Positions 46,264-56,552 of a DNA stretch of 64,000 bases are shown here, in pieces. Position 1 is the first letter of the stretch. Every line of letters begins with the position of its first letter. A model generated the notes under the pieces. It ran no database searches and was not told where the DNA came from. It saw only the letters and a program-made list of their open reading frames with translations. Source of the DNA: Diplonema japonicum (Eukaryota; Protista; Euglenozoa: Diplonemea); contig OZ025673.1 in the NCBI GenBank assembly GCA_964019335.1, positions 310,001 through 374,000 of the forward strand. The letters are read 5' to 3'. The translations under genes were made by a program, and so were the position numbers.

Positions 46264-48081
46264 CTACTCAACCTGCAAGGGGTGCGGGGGGTGGTTCATG
46301 GCAACCACCAACGAGCTTAACAACTGTTTTATCTCAGCAATCTCGTTCTTCATTTCTTTGACGTCGAGTTCCAGCTGCATGTCGTTGCTGTTGACCGTGG
46401 GCGATAGGAAAGGACGTGTCTTGATGCTCCCTGAAGAGTCTTCTGCCTTGATGGCAGCCAACGATTTTGTTGGGGTGCTGGTATTGTTCAATTTCTGCGG
46501 CCGTTTCTTGGTAAACACCGGCTTCCGCGGCCCCGTCCTTTGTCGTCCTTCGCTGAGGTTATCAAGGATCTCGCTGTCATCTGTTGAATGGCTGACCCTT
46601 TCATCGCAAATCTGCGACAACGGATTGGTCCTGGGGCTCTCGATGTCTGTAATGCTCGGGCTGAGGAAAGTTGTAGCGAGTTTTGGTTGTAGATCAGCCT
46701 TCAGCTGCTTCGCTTTCTTTGCATCCAAGAACTCGGTGTAGACTTCCTTTTTTTTTTTTTTTTTTTTTTCAAAAAAAAAAAAAATACAAAAAACCTGAAA
46801 CACATTGCACAAGATCGTGACTGGGAAGGCAACCACCAAGACCCCCACGAACATAGTACAGCTTCCTATCAACTTTCCCATTGTCGTCACAGGATAGACA
46901 TCACCGTACCCGACTGTTGTAAGGGTCACCATAGCCCACCACTATAAGAGGTTATTATTTTTTTTTTTATTTTTTATTTTTTTTAAATCACACACCATCG
47001 CATCGGGTATGGATTGCATAAATATCGGATTCCCAGCATCCGTGTAGGAAGAGTTCGCGTTTCGTATCCACTTGTTTACGGTGAAGTTGAACGTGGCATC
47101 CTCCTGTGTGGTGGGGGGAAAAAAAAAAATACGCGGGAGAGAGGGGGCTACCTTTTCCATGGAGTACATAAGCGAGGCGAACAACGTTGTTGCCATAAGC
47201 ATGATGGCTGCCAGCCAAGTCAAGGCAAACGATGATCTCTGCAATGCAACAACTAAAATCTGCACGCCCTCAAAATGCCGCCCCAACTTTATGACCCGTA
47301 GTACCCTTACCAATCGTGCCATTCGGAGTACCCTCAAAACAACTAACGATTCCGCATTGGAGCCCTCATCAAGCGAACCAGTTAGCTCCAAATAGTAAGG
47401 CAGGATTGATAACAAATCTATCATTGTCCACCCGTTGAACCAAAATCGCCGATGATCGGGATTGCTGAACGCCCTAACCACAAGTTCCAAAGTGAAGTAC
47501 CCCATGCAAATATGCTCAAGTATGAATGACAGATCCGTTCCAGGTTTTGAACTTTCGTTTTGAAACTCTGGAAGGGATTCTACAACCATCAAGATAATGC
47601 TTCCAATGATGGCACACTGCGATACAATAGTAACGGCCAAACCGAGGTTGTGCAGCCACCGAACATTGTAACTCTCAGCAGCTGACGGTTCACATATCGC
47701 CCAAATCCATTCTCTTGTGGTGTTGGGTTGGCCGACTCGGTGGTGAATTGGGATTTCAAAAAGTTCTTCGATATCACCATCAAGTATGTGCTCCATGCCA
47801 GTGATGTATCTCAACAATTCGGAGATTGAAACCTCGTTGTCACCCGTTCTGTCCAGGTCCCTCCATATATTTTGCACCTCTATTTCTATGTCGTCTTTGG
47901 GCAGTTCTGTAAAGATTCCGGACCACAGCATGCAGACTTCCTGGTAGCATAATGCACCTGTTTCATCGACGTCCATCCTTTGGAAGACCTCCTCTATCCT
48001 CTCTAGCTGTGCCCGCGTCACCAACCCGGCGTTTGACTGCCTTGGGTTTTTCAGCGTGGCTGCTACATTGTTCTTCCCCAT
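46264..48081 (-). CDS. Voltage-gated K+ channel (Kv-like, 6TM) with an N-terminal EF-hand pair; introns 47104-47151, 46942-46995, 46747-46794
   Basis: EF loops DVDETGALCYQE and DRTGDNEVSISE; S4 LRVLRMARLVRVLRVIKLGRH; spliced pore [20 protein letters not shown]; S6 VVAFPV. Confidence 0.92.
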
Positions 48082-48487
48082 TTCCAATCAGAAAGTTGTC
48101 TCATTTCACTTTCTCTTTTTTTCCCCTCTCACCCTTTTTTTTTTTTTTGGAGGGGGGAGGCAAGATTTCGAGGGAATAAAAAAAAGTTTTTTGTTTTGAA
48201 AAAAGAAGTTGAAGTTGGAAAAGCTTCTTTTGAAATGGTGAGGAACAAAAAAAAAAAAGAAAAAAAAACGGGGATCATAGCACGCCAAGGGCCTGGTTAG
48301 AGAAAAAAGAGGGAGGGGGGGAAAAGAACCCGCGAAAAGAAAAAATCTTTTTTAGACCCATTGACGCGTCATGGGGGAGCAAAAAAAAAAAAGTACGAGA
48401 AACAAGAAAAAAGTACAGGAAGGGGGGGGGGGGGGGTCGAAAGGCAAAGCATAAGAGTTAAAAAGAGTGCAAAAAAAAAAAAAAAAA

Positions 48488-48960
48488 GAGACATTTAAGG
48501 GTACCTTGCAGTTGGCAGGACACCTTTAAAAGACGCGGTTGCAATTGCGCAAGCTGCATCATCACATCACTCTTATTGCACCCCTTCATGCTTTTTTTGG
48601 TTTTTTTTTTTTCTTCTTCTTTTTTTTTCCAGCAACGGCGGCAAGCGGAGGAGGGGGGGACCGGGTTAACTTTATTTTAGTTTTATTGTTTTCTTTTTTT
48701 GTTCAAACTGCAAAGAAAGATCGGAAAAAAAAGGGGGAGGGGGAGCAACAGGGATAAGAAGAATAATAATAATAAAAAAAAACATACAGCACAACTCTAT
48801 CTTGAAAAGTTTCTATTTTTCTTTTTTTTTTTTTCCTATTTTTCCCTTTTCTCTTTCTGTCATATTTTAAAAAAAGAAAAACAGAAGCAATACCTTAAAC
48901 AAACCAAAAAAGAGATGAGAAAAAGGAGGTTCCTGTCTTGGAACGTCCCCCTTGTCTCTA
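48488..48960. repeat. Dispersed motif family 1 (48488-48524) and family 4 (48912-48960)
   Basis: Matches to the copies at 32387/63641 and 26816. Confidence 0.7.
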
Positions 48961-49232
48961 AAAAAGAAATCGCAAATACCAGACCCTGACTACGAGAAAC
49001 AGCACTTTCACCATTGGTAAGAACTGCCACTGCAACCAAAATAATGGAGAGTTGGGCATAGGTTGGGAGCGCTGTTCTCTAGACAAAAAAAAATGGCCGG
49101 GTCGGGTGATGATAATTTACGGAAATAAAAAAAATAAAAAAAAAAAGATAAAAAAATAGATAAAATACAAAAAATCGAAGGTGGTACAAAGGTTGTTCGT
49201 CCTCTCCTCCCCCCCATTTTTTTTTTTTCTTC

Positions 49233-50267
49233 TTACACATTTTCCACGATCGCGACATCTAGCGGTTTTTGAGGAGGAACTGGGACCTTTTTGTGTGAGA
49301 CCAACAATTGTTCCTGAAACTGGTACAACCTCTGTTCGGCAATATGCCACCTTGAGAGCTTAACCTCAACCTTTCGCCATGTGGGCATATAGGAATCAGG
49401 CCCCTGATGCGAAATTGCCTCTCCAAGCCTTACCGAGAGTAGTTGCTGCCGATCGTTCTTGTAGTTTTGCGAATAGTCCCAAATGAGGTCGGGGAGGGAG
49501 TGAAACGTCATAGCTTTGCTGTGGAGGCCTTGGTGCCTGCTGATCCCCATAGCACCATACCGGCCCTTTGTGAACAAACCGATGACCAAATGATTGATTA
49601 TTTCGTAGCCTTTCTCCTTCGGTGTGGATGTGTCATCGGATGTGCTCCCATCGCTGCTTAGCTCTTTTTCTTGTTCTCTTTCTTTGTTTCTTTTGCGACC
49701 TCCAACGGCCTTGCATCCGGACCCAGCTAGCGTTCCTTGCCCGGAGTCTGGAAAGGGTCCGTGCCCATCTTTCCACTTTTTCGAGTGGAATGAAATCGGG
49801 AATCGTACAACATCTATCATACCTTGGGTTAAGCGCAGGCCTAAAAATGCTGCTTCTACGCACTGTATCGGCTTGTCTGGTTGTCCCAAGATTTCTCCAG
49901 CAGTGTCCATCATTTCGGTGAGCGGGCGGTCTTTGCACACATTATAAGATGGTCCGTTCATGTTGTATTTGTATGAAGCAAGAGACGCTTGGACCTCCTT
50001 CAGCTCCTTGTCCTTTTCCCAAGAGTTTTCTTCGTGTTTGCTTTTGTGCAGTGTTCTTGTATACTGGGGAGGGGTTTGCTATAAAAAAAAATATATATAT
50101 ACCGCTCTGGGCACCCTCGGGACTTTTTTCTTCTCCTCGTTTTCTTTTTCAAGCTGCAACGGGTGTTGCTTGCAGTTGTACCGTATTCTGGTCCCGCTTG
50201 CTGTGTTGGTCTTCCTTGTTTTTACGCCGGTCGGTGGGGTACTTTGGGGCACTAAGGTACTCCGCAT
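49233..50267 (-). CDS. Vasohibin-family tubulin carboxypeptidase; intron 50064-50102
   Basis: PIQCVEAAFLG (catalytic Cys), RFPISF, NHLVIGL, GRYGAMGISR, TFHSLPDLIWDY. Confidence 0.88.
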
Positions 50268-50426
50268 TTTTTTTGGGGGGGGGGTGTGTAAATGAAATAA
50301 AAAAGGGGGAGGGAAGTGTAAATGTAAAAAAAAAGGGGGGGGGAAACACCCTGTGCAAGATTTAAAACTTAAAGATTTCGAGAGAAAAAAAAAAATTCAA
50401 AAAAAAAAGGGGGGGGAAAAAAACAT

Positions 50427-52283
50427 TTAAATTTCCAGTTCTTGTGTACTTTCGATCATGTAGATCCTCACAACCCACCAAAAAAACAGCGTAAAGGCGA
50501 CGACGACAAGAGCGACAAAAGACACAACCGAAGAAAGAACGGTGGAATCGGTGTTACAGGAGAGAGCAACAGGGACACATGAAGGGTGAAATTCGAGCAA
50601 CGGTGCCGAAGCCCGAAGGAAACTAAGAGAAGATATCGGGGTGCCAAGAACAACCCCATGGAATGAACCTGTAATAGTTAGGTTAATATGCCCAAATTCA
50701 TAAGGCAAAATAAACGCCTTCCCGTCACGCGTGCAGACACGGGCCACAGTGTCCATAGACCGATCAGAAGACAGAAGCGACCGCTGTTCTTCACCAATAA
50801 TGTGAAGTCTGATAGTTGACCCCTTTTCAAAAACTCTATTTTGACACACAAACCCCACGAGTGGGGGTTCACAACTAATGACTCGAACACCTGTCCCATG
50901 CACCATTTCAGGATTCTTTGCCTTTCCATGGAAACCAACAACTCTTGTGTCAATACAATACTTCTCTTCATCTTTTGAGAACGGGATTTTATACCATTCT
51001 TTATCATGTCGTACAGTGAGTTCTGCAGTGGTACTGGTGTTCAAGACTCTTATGCGTTTCAAGGAGACGCCAAGGTGGTCGCCTAGCACTTGGGTGGCGA
51101 AGACCTTTGTAACGATTACACAACCTTCGCTTGGAACGACTTCCACCTCAGTATCTTCCTTGCTCTTCTCTATTATGTCCGCAGCCCTTGAAGGCCGCAT
51201 GAGTGCCATGAAAAAAATCTCGTGAGACACTCGTGTTAAGGACGACACCTGTATGGACATTGAGGGGGATCCTAATCGCATCGTGAAGATCTGATTCGGG
51301 ATTCTCTTCAAAACAGGGTGGGACACCGCAAAGTGGTGGGGCCCTGAAGGGCTCGGACCGGGTTTGAAATTCGCTGTTTTGGAGTATGTGGCTTCCGGGG
51401 AACCAGTGGTCTGCATGACGAAATCTTCGATGGGAAACAAATGTGTCTTCTCCCCATTGCAGGACATCACAGCAGTTGCCAAACCGTCTGATCGCATGCA
51501 GCTTGTCGTGATGATTGTTACGGCGGAAGGGTTGCCCTGTGCGGGTTTTGTAAAGGTTTTTGTTGTTGGGTTGACAGCGTTGAGGTTTTCATTGGAAGGT
51601 CCTGTTTTCCCGCCAAGCCCCGAGGTGGCGAGGGCCCGGTCGGTGAGCTTCACGGTCCCGGCGGGTTGTGATTTGTTGAGCGGGTTTTGGATTTTGACGT
51701 CCCATGTTCCTGTGCACTTCACCTCCCCACCCCACTCGACATATGCTTCTGTGTAGTTCATGGCTGTCAGACGATCGAGGATAGTGTCCACACACCACCC
51801 TTTCGATACCCCGCAGAGATCGATTGTGACATCTTTTTTTCTCGAGATTCTTCTCGCAGTTTGATGGAACGAGACAGCTTCAAACCAGTCTGGGATGTCC
51901 GCATTCACATTGCCCATTACATATGCACCCACGCACGGGTTGAAAGCGCCCTTTGTGTTTGTGACAAGCCATTCCACCTCAGCGAGAACTTCCGCGAGGG
52001 GTTCTGACACATCGACATGTGTTCCTATTGGTGTTTTGTTTACTGATTCGATTTCGCTGTCGGGGTTCCAGTTGTTCAGTTTGGTGTCGACGTCGGTGAA
52101 GGTGGAGTACAGCACGTTGCTCACGACCTCTCGATCGCTCTCCGAGGCCGCCACCACCACGGTGTACGGGATGAACATGTCCGCCCCTGTCAGCGTCAGA
52201 ACGCAGCCGTCCCTGTCAGTGTCCGCCTCCTCCCTCACCGCCCTTTGGCAGAGGATTTCGGTTACGCCTGTTTCGTAACTCAT
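50427..52283 (-). CDS. ApbE-like FAD:protein FMN transferase fused to degenerate flavin-reductase-like domains and a C-terminal TM anchor
   Basis: LNNWNPDSEIESVN; GAFNPCVG; IDLCGVSKGWCVD; YVEWGGEV; ALATSG; SDGLATA; later VSSLTRVS, LGDH, SCEPPLVGF; TM VVSFVALVVVAFTLFFWWVV. Confidence 0.85.
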   Translation of the reverse strand: MSYETGVTEILCQRAVREEADTDRDGCVLTLTGADMFIPYTVVVAASESDREVVSNVLYSTFTDVDTKLNNWNPDSEIESVNKTPIGTHVDVSEPLAEVLAEVEWLVTNTKGAFNPCVGAYVMGNVNADIPDWFEAVSFHQTARRISRKKDVTIDLCGVSKGWCVDTILDRLTAMNYTEAYVEWGGEVKCTGTWDVKIQNPLNKSQPAGTVKLTDRALATSGLGGKTGPSNENLNAVNPTTKTFTKPAQGNPSAVTIITTSCMRSDGLATAVMSCNGEKTHLFPIEDFVMQTTGSPEATYSKTANFKPGPSPSGPHHFAVSHPVLKRIPNQIFTMRLGSPSMSIQVSSLTRVSHEIFFMALMRPSRAADIIEKSKEDTEVEVVPSEGCVIVTKVFATQVLGDHLGVSLKRIRVLNTSTTAELTVRHDKEWYKIPFSKDEEKYCIDTRVVGFHGKAKNPEMVHGTGVRVISCEPPLVGFVCQNRVFEKGSTIRLHIIGEEQRSLLSSDRSMDTVARVCTRDGKAFILPYEFGHINLTITGSFHGVVLGTPISSLSFLRASAPLLEFHPSCVPVALSCNTDSTVLSSVVSFVALVVVAFTLFFWWVVRIYMIESTQELEI

Positions 52284-52521
52284 TTTTTCCCCCTCTTTTT
52301 TATTTTCCCCCCGCTTTTCCTTTTTCTTTTTTTTTCTTTTCCCCCCCTTCGAACGTTCAGCAGGGAGGGGTCTGGATAACCAGAAAAAAAAGGAAAAATG
52401 TGGGGAAAGGACTCGTTTTTTTTTTTTTTTTTTTTTTTTTCCTTCTTTTCTTTTTTTTTTTTTTTCTTTCTTGTTTCCTTCTTCCTTTATTTTCTATTTT
52501 CATCTTTTTTTTTTTCCCTGT

Positions 52522-54144
52522 CTAATTGTTTATCGCCTTCGGCACGTAGAACGACGACGAGGCGAAGTCCCCGTTTAGCATCAAGTTACCGAAGTTCAAC
52601 ACGGACACGTCCTCCATCATGCGCAGGCTTCTTGCACGCGCATGGGTGGCGAACTCCTCGGCCTGTTGCTGCGTCAGCCTGTCCATTGCAGCGTCGTGCT
52701 CGTGGCTGTGCTTCCCTGGCACGTCCATGAGGTAGCCGATGTAGCACTGCCGGTGTTCTGCGTCTTGCTGGTCATTGATCTCCAGTCGGTGGTGTGCCTC
52801 CTTGCGCTGGATCACCCGAAGGAGCCCCATTGGTGCCCTGTCCGAAGCATAGGTCTCCTCCCTTGCCTTTTTCTTATCCCCTCTCTCTAGACTCATGATG
52901 TGCTGTCGTTCGGCTTGTTCCGCATTTGACACATCGCTGCGTACCTTCTGTTCCGCATCACTTGTTTCCCTTCTCTTCACTGCTGCGCTGTCAACTTGCT
53001 TCACGTCCTTCATCCCCCCTCTTGACATCTTCACAATCCCCTTCCTTAGTTCCTCTTGCTCCTTCGCTACCACCGCTCTTTCCTCTCGCTCTGCTGCGAC
53101 GTAGTTTCTCCTCTCCGTCGTCATCACGTGCTCCGCCTTCTTCGTGAACTTTGCGTATATTTCGCTACGCTGCGTCTTTTCGTTCCGCATGAATTTGTCG
53201 CTGTACTCCTCGTACGTGTGCACCAGCTTCTCCCGCTTCTCTTTATGCTGCAGGGACACCTTGATCTTCTGCCTGCTTGTATCCTCGCCAAACAGCAGGT
53301 GCTTTCTCTCAGTCTCCTGTTCCCTGTCCATTTGGTTTCTGTGGTAGTACTCGTCGTCTTCAAGATCCTGCCGCTGCTCCCTTTTCAGCTGCTTTCGTGC
53401 GTTTGCTTCTGATTGTCTGCGTGACTTTTCGACTTGCATCCATTTGTTCTTCTGTCTTACAAGGCCGCGGAGGTCGTCTTGTTCACCGGCTTCGAGTGAC
53501 TTTCTAGCACGTGTTTCGTCTTCTTCCATCTCCCGCCGTGTCCGTTCCTGCTGGCCTTTCCAACTTTTGTGTGCTTGCTGTGCTTTCTCAAGCTCACTGG
53601 TTGCTTCCAAGCGTTGCTTTTCCGTTGCCTTGCGCTGCCTTGTGTAGAGGACGTTGTTAAGTGCCGCGACGTCAGTGTGCCCTGCGAAAGGCGCGCCAAA
53701 GTATACATGTGTGATGGACTCCCGTTTTGTGAAATAACTGCACAAGGTGCCGAGGGCACCGTCGCTGAAGTGGTTGTTAGCAAGCTGTATGTTCAGCAGG
53801 TTGGGGAACATTGAGAGAAGAGAAACTAGCGCGTCGACGGAGTGCGCTGTGAGGTTGTTCCAAGCGAGGTTCAGCAGCTTCAGGTGCGGGTAGGTCACGT
53901 TCTCGTTCTTCAACGTGTTGGCTATCTTCTGTATCCCAAGGTCCCCTATTTGGCACCTGTTCATATCCAGCGTTTTAACTCGCAGGGCAACCTCGGGCTT
54001 CTCCATCTCACATGCCAGCCCCTCACACCACCCATCCCCCTTGCGTGGCACAGCGGGAGCCACCACAACATGCTCCCCGTCAAAATGCAGACCCTCCTTC
54101 CGACATACACGGTTAAAGAACGTGTCGCGGTACGTTTCCCGCAT
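52522..54144 (-). CDS. Leucine-rich repeat (RI-like) plus long coiled-coil region; possibly the 3' exon of the upstream gene
   Basis: LDMNRCQIGDLG, LNLAWNNLT, IQLANNHFSD; E/R/K-rich coiled coil. Confidence 0.85.
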   Translation of the reverse strand: MRETYRDTFFNRVCRKEGLHFDGEHVVVAPAVPRKGDGWCEGLACEMEKPEVALRVKTLDMNRCQIGDLGIQKIANTLKNENVTYPHLKLLNLAWNNLTAHSVDALVSLLSMFPNLLNIQLANNHFSDGALGTLCSYFTKRESITHVYFGAPFAGHTDVAALNNVLYTRQRKATEKQRLEATSELEKAQQAHKSWKGQQERTRREMEEDETRARKSLEAGEQDDLRGLVRQKNKWMQVEKSRRQSEANARKQLKREQRQDLEDDEYYHRNQMDREQETERKHLLFGEDTSRQKIKVSLQHKEKREKLVHTYEEYSDKFMRNEKTQRSEIYAKFTKKAEHVMTTERRNYVAAEREERAVVAKEQEELRKGIVKMSRGGMKDVKQVDSAAVKRRETSDAEQKVRSDVSNAEQAERQHIMSLERGDKKKAREETYASDRAPMGLLRVIQRKEAHHRLEINDQQDAEHRQCYIGYLMDVPGKHSHEHDAAMDRLTQQQAEEFATHARARSLRMMEDVSVLNFGNLMLNGDFASSSFYVPKAINN

Positions 54145-54226
54145 GGCTGTGGCTGTGGCTGTGGTGGTGGTGGTGGGATAGGCGATTGATGAATAAATAC
54201 TTCATGTAAATGGTGTAAAAATGGTA

Positions 54227-56332
54227 TCAAAGGTGTTTACAGTAGTCCTCAATTACATCCATCACTTCGGGGATCAGGTTCTTGTCCCCCGCAAGCGTGT
54301 CGAGCACCTTATGGTCAACAAGGTCGCTGTTGAAGGATAGAATAGAGGCCAGCAGCTTGCTCTCGTGGTTGTAGGCAGCCGCGAGCAGAAGCTCCGAGAC
54401 TGCCTCTGTGACCGACTCTAGCTGCGGGCTGGGGGAGCGCAGGTTAGATATGAAGCTGTTCGCTGATTGGCAGCTATACGGAGCGCTTGGAGTGGCTGTT
54501 CCTAGAAGATACTTGCTGAAGTATTGCCACACAGCTGCCTCTGGCAAATCCTTGAGCTTCTTAGTACTGCCCGTCGTGCAGGCGAGCGGCCCGATGGACC
54601 AGATCGTGTCGTCAGCGGTGTCTGCCACAAGGAAGCACAGCCCACCACCTTCCTCATACATACACAACCCCAAGGGGTCCATGAGGTCCACGTCGACACC
54701 AGAGCCCTCTGTTCCCGTGAGAACCAGAGGGCATGCGAAAGCGTCGTATGCACCTTGGAAAGAGCGCAGCTTTGCGTTGAAGATGGCCGCACAACCCGTG
54801 TCAACCACGAGCAAGCTGGTAGACCCGTCTAGGGCTGTATAAGCTGTAACAGCAGTGGGGTGTGTTAACAAACATGTCTCGCCCCACCCTGTCCCTCGTC
54901 CAGGACGATCCAGTGTGCCCAGCAACACGTATGGTTTGCCTTCTGGGGGTATCGCCACCACAACGCTCCGCCCAGTGAGGGACAGGAACCACCACCCGTT
55001 CAAGTATGCGCACCCGCCGCACCCATACCCCCACATCTCGACATCGCCTCGAAGCGACTCAATCGAAGGCATGGTGCCCCCCACCGCTATGCCATAGCAC
55101 CCGTACGCCGTGTCGTACCCGCTTATGCGCACTGCTATGCCCTGCACGTTGCGCTCGTCGATGTCGGCAACGCTTTGCCCGTGATACTCGCACACGATGC
55201 CCCAGGTGTCCACGTCGACCAGCAGCCACGTCCCGCTCAGCCCGTCGTATATAGAGAGGCCCTGGTCAGACCACGTCAGCACACGCAGGAAGTCGGGTTC
55301 TCTACAAGTGCTGTAGTTATGGGGCTGCACAATCCTCTTGCTGACTACCTCAGAGGTGTCCACATCGATCACACGGATGAGGTCCCTGTCGCCTACGTAG
55401 AGAAGACGCTTCACTGAGTTGTAAGCAGAACCGAGGGGGAAGCGGAAGGCTGCCTCACGACCGACACCGTCGACGGACTCCCGTCGATTATAAGGGGAAC
55501 CTGCGAGGTAGCGAGATGAAGTCAAAGGGAGGTAGCAGCATGGGGTGATGTTGGTGAGGGTGGCACGCCCGCCTTGCTCGGAAGTGACGAGGAGGGTGTA
55601 CTCTCCTGTCATGTTGACGACGTAAACGCTGCCCACAAGCGTGCCCTCCACGAGGAAGGATATCTGATTAGCGTCAAAATCGATCGAGACGGCGATCGAA
55701 ACTTCTTCTTGCTGCGAACCAACGAGCGCGTGAAGGGGTATGTTGAGGTCTTTGGCGTCGACCTCATCAGGCGCGCAAGGGTTCTTGCTGTAGATCTTGT
55801 AACAGCCTTCGCTTGAGACGGACTTCTTCAAAGCTGCAGTGTACTCAGGCACTGTGCTGCAGCACCCGATCATGGACGCAATACCTATCGTAAGGTACTC
55901 CAGAGACGAACAGGACAGAAACCAACATTGGAAGCCTAGCGAGTGTGCGGGGTAGACAACAGCCGTGTGCCGAATGCTGTTGGGTAGGGTTTGGAAGGTT
56001 TGACCGTCAGAGGAAACGTGCTCTGCAGGGTTCGTACGCCGTTTACAGATAACCTCTCTGAAGTAGTCCGTGGGGTGGGTGTATGTTGGGGGCTCGTCAT
56101 CAGGTTTGCTGCCTTTTAGTTGCGCTACCTCGACGCACCCACGGCGCACTATGTAGCACGTCATCTCTTCCTTGTTCATGCTTATCCCGCTTAGTCGGTT
56201 GCCTTCCTGAGGACTGTACCCCAAAGACATCCCCTCGTCCTCTAACCGCATCAGCAAGCACCGAGCAGGCACCACAGGTGTTCCGTGCAGTACTGATGCT
56301 GATCGCTCTCGCATCTGGCGACGGGCCTCCAT
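54227..56332 (-). CDS. SPRY-like plus NHL-repeat (beta-propeller) protein
   Basis: DGVGREAAFRFPLG...LYVGD..IRVID; LTHPTAV...LVVDTG; MDPLGL...LVADT; SPRY-like IAVSIDFDANQISFLVEG. Confidence 0.75.
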   Translation of the reverse strand: MEARRQMRERSASVLHGTPVVPARCLLMRLEDEGMSLGYSPQEGNRLSGISMNKEEMTCYIVRRGCVEVAQLKGSKPDDEPPTYTHPTDYFREVICKRRTNPAEHVSSDGQTFQTLPNSIRHTAVVYPAHSLGFQCWFLSCSSLEYLTIGIASMIGCCSTVPEYTAALKKSVSSEGCYKIYSKNPCAPDEVDAKDLNIPLHALVGSQQEEVSIAVSIDFDANQISFLVEGTLVGSVYVVNMTGEYTLLVTSEQGGRATLTNITPCCYLPLTSSRYLAGSPYNRRESVDGVGREAAFRFPLGSAYNSVKRLLYVGDRDLIRVIDVDTSEVVSKRIVQPHNYSTCREPDFLRVLTWSDQGLSIYDGLSGTWLLVDVDTWGIVCEYHGQSVADIDERNVQGIAVRISGYDTAYGCYGIAVGGTMPSIESLRGDVEMWGYGCGGCAYLNGWWFLSLTGRSVVVAIPPEGKPYVLLGTLDRPGRGTGWGETCLLTHPTAVTAYTALDGSTSLLVVDTGCAAIFNAKLRSFQGAYDAFACPLVLTGTEGSGVDVDLMDPLGLCMYEEGGGLCFLVADTADDTIWSIGPLACTTGSTKKLKDLPEAAVWQYFSKYLLGTATPSAPYSCQSANSFISNLRSPSPQLESVTEAVSELLLAAAYNHESKLLASILSFNSDLVDHKVLDTLAGDKNLIPEVMDVIEDYCKHL

Positions 56333-56552
56333 CGTGACAGGAAGGCGTCTTTCTATGGGATTGGTCAGTTACAATTTTTTCTTTTCACACTGAAAAAAAA
56401 AAAAAGAAAAAAAAAAAAAAAACTGTTGAACACTTTTTTTTTTTTTTTTACACACTTGAAAAAAGAAGGGGGGGGAAAAAAAAAAGAAAAGATGATTTTT
56501 TTTGTTTTGTTTTTTTTTTTTCCTTTTTTTTTTTTTTTTTTTGTCATTCTTT

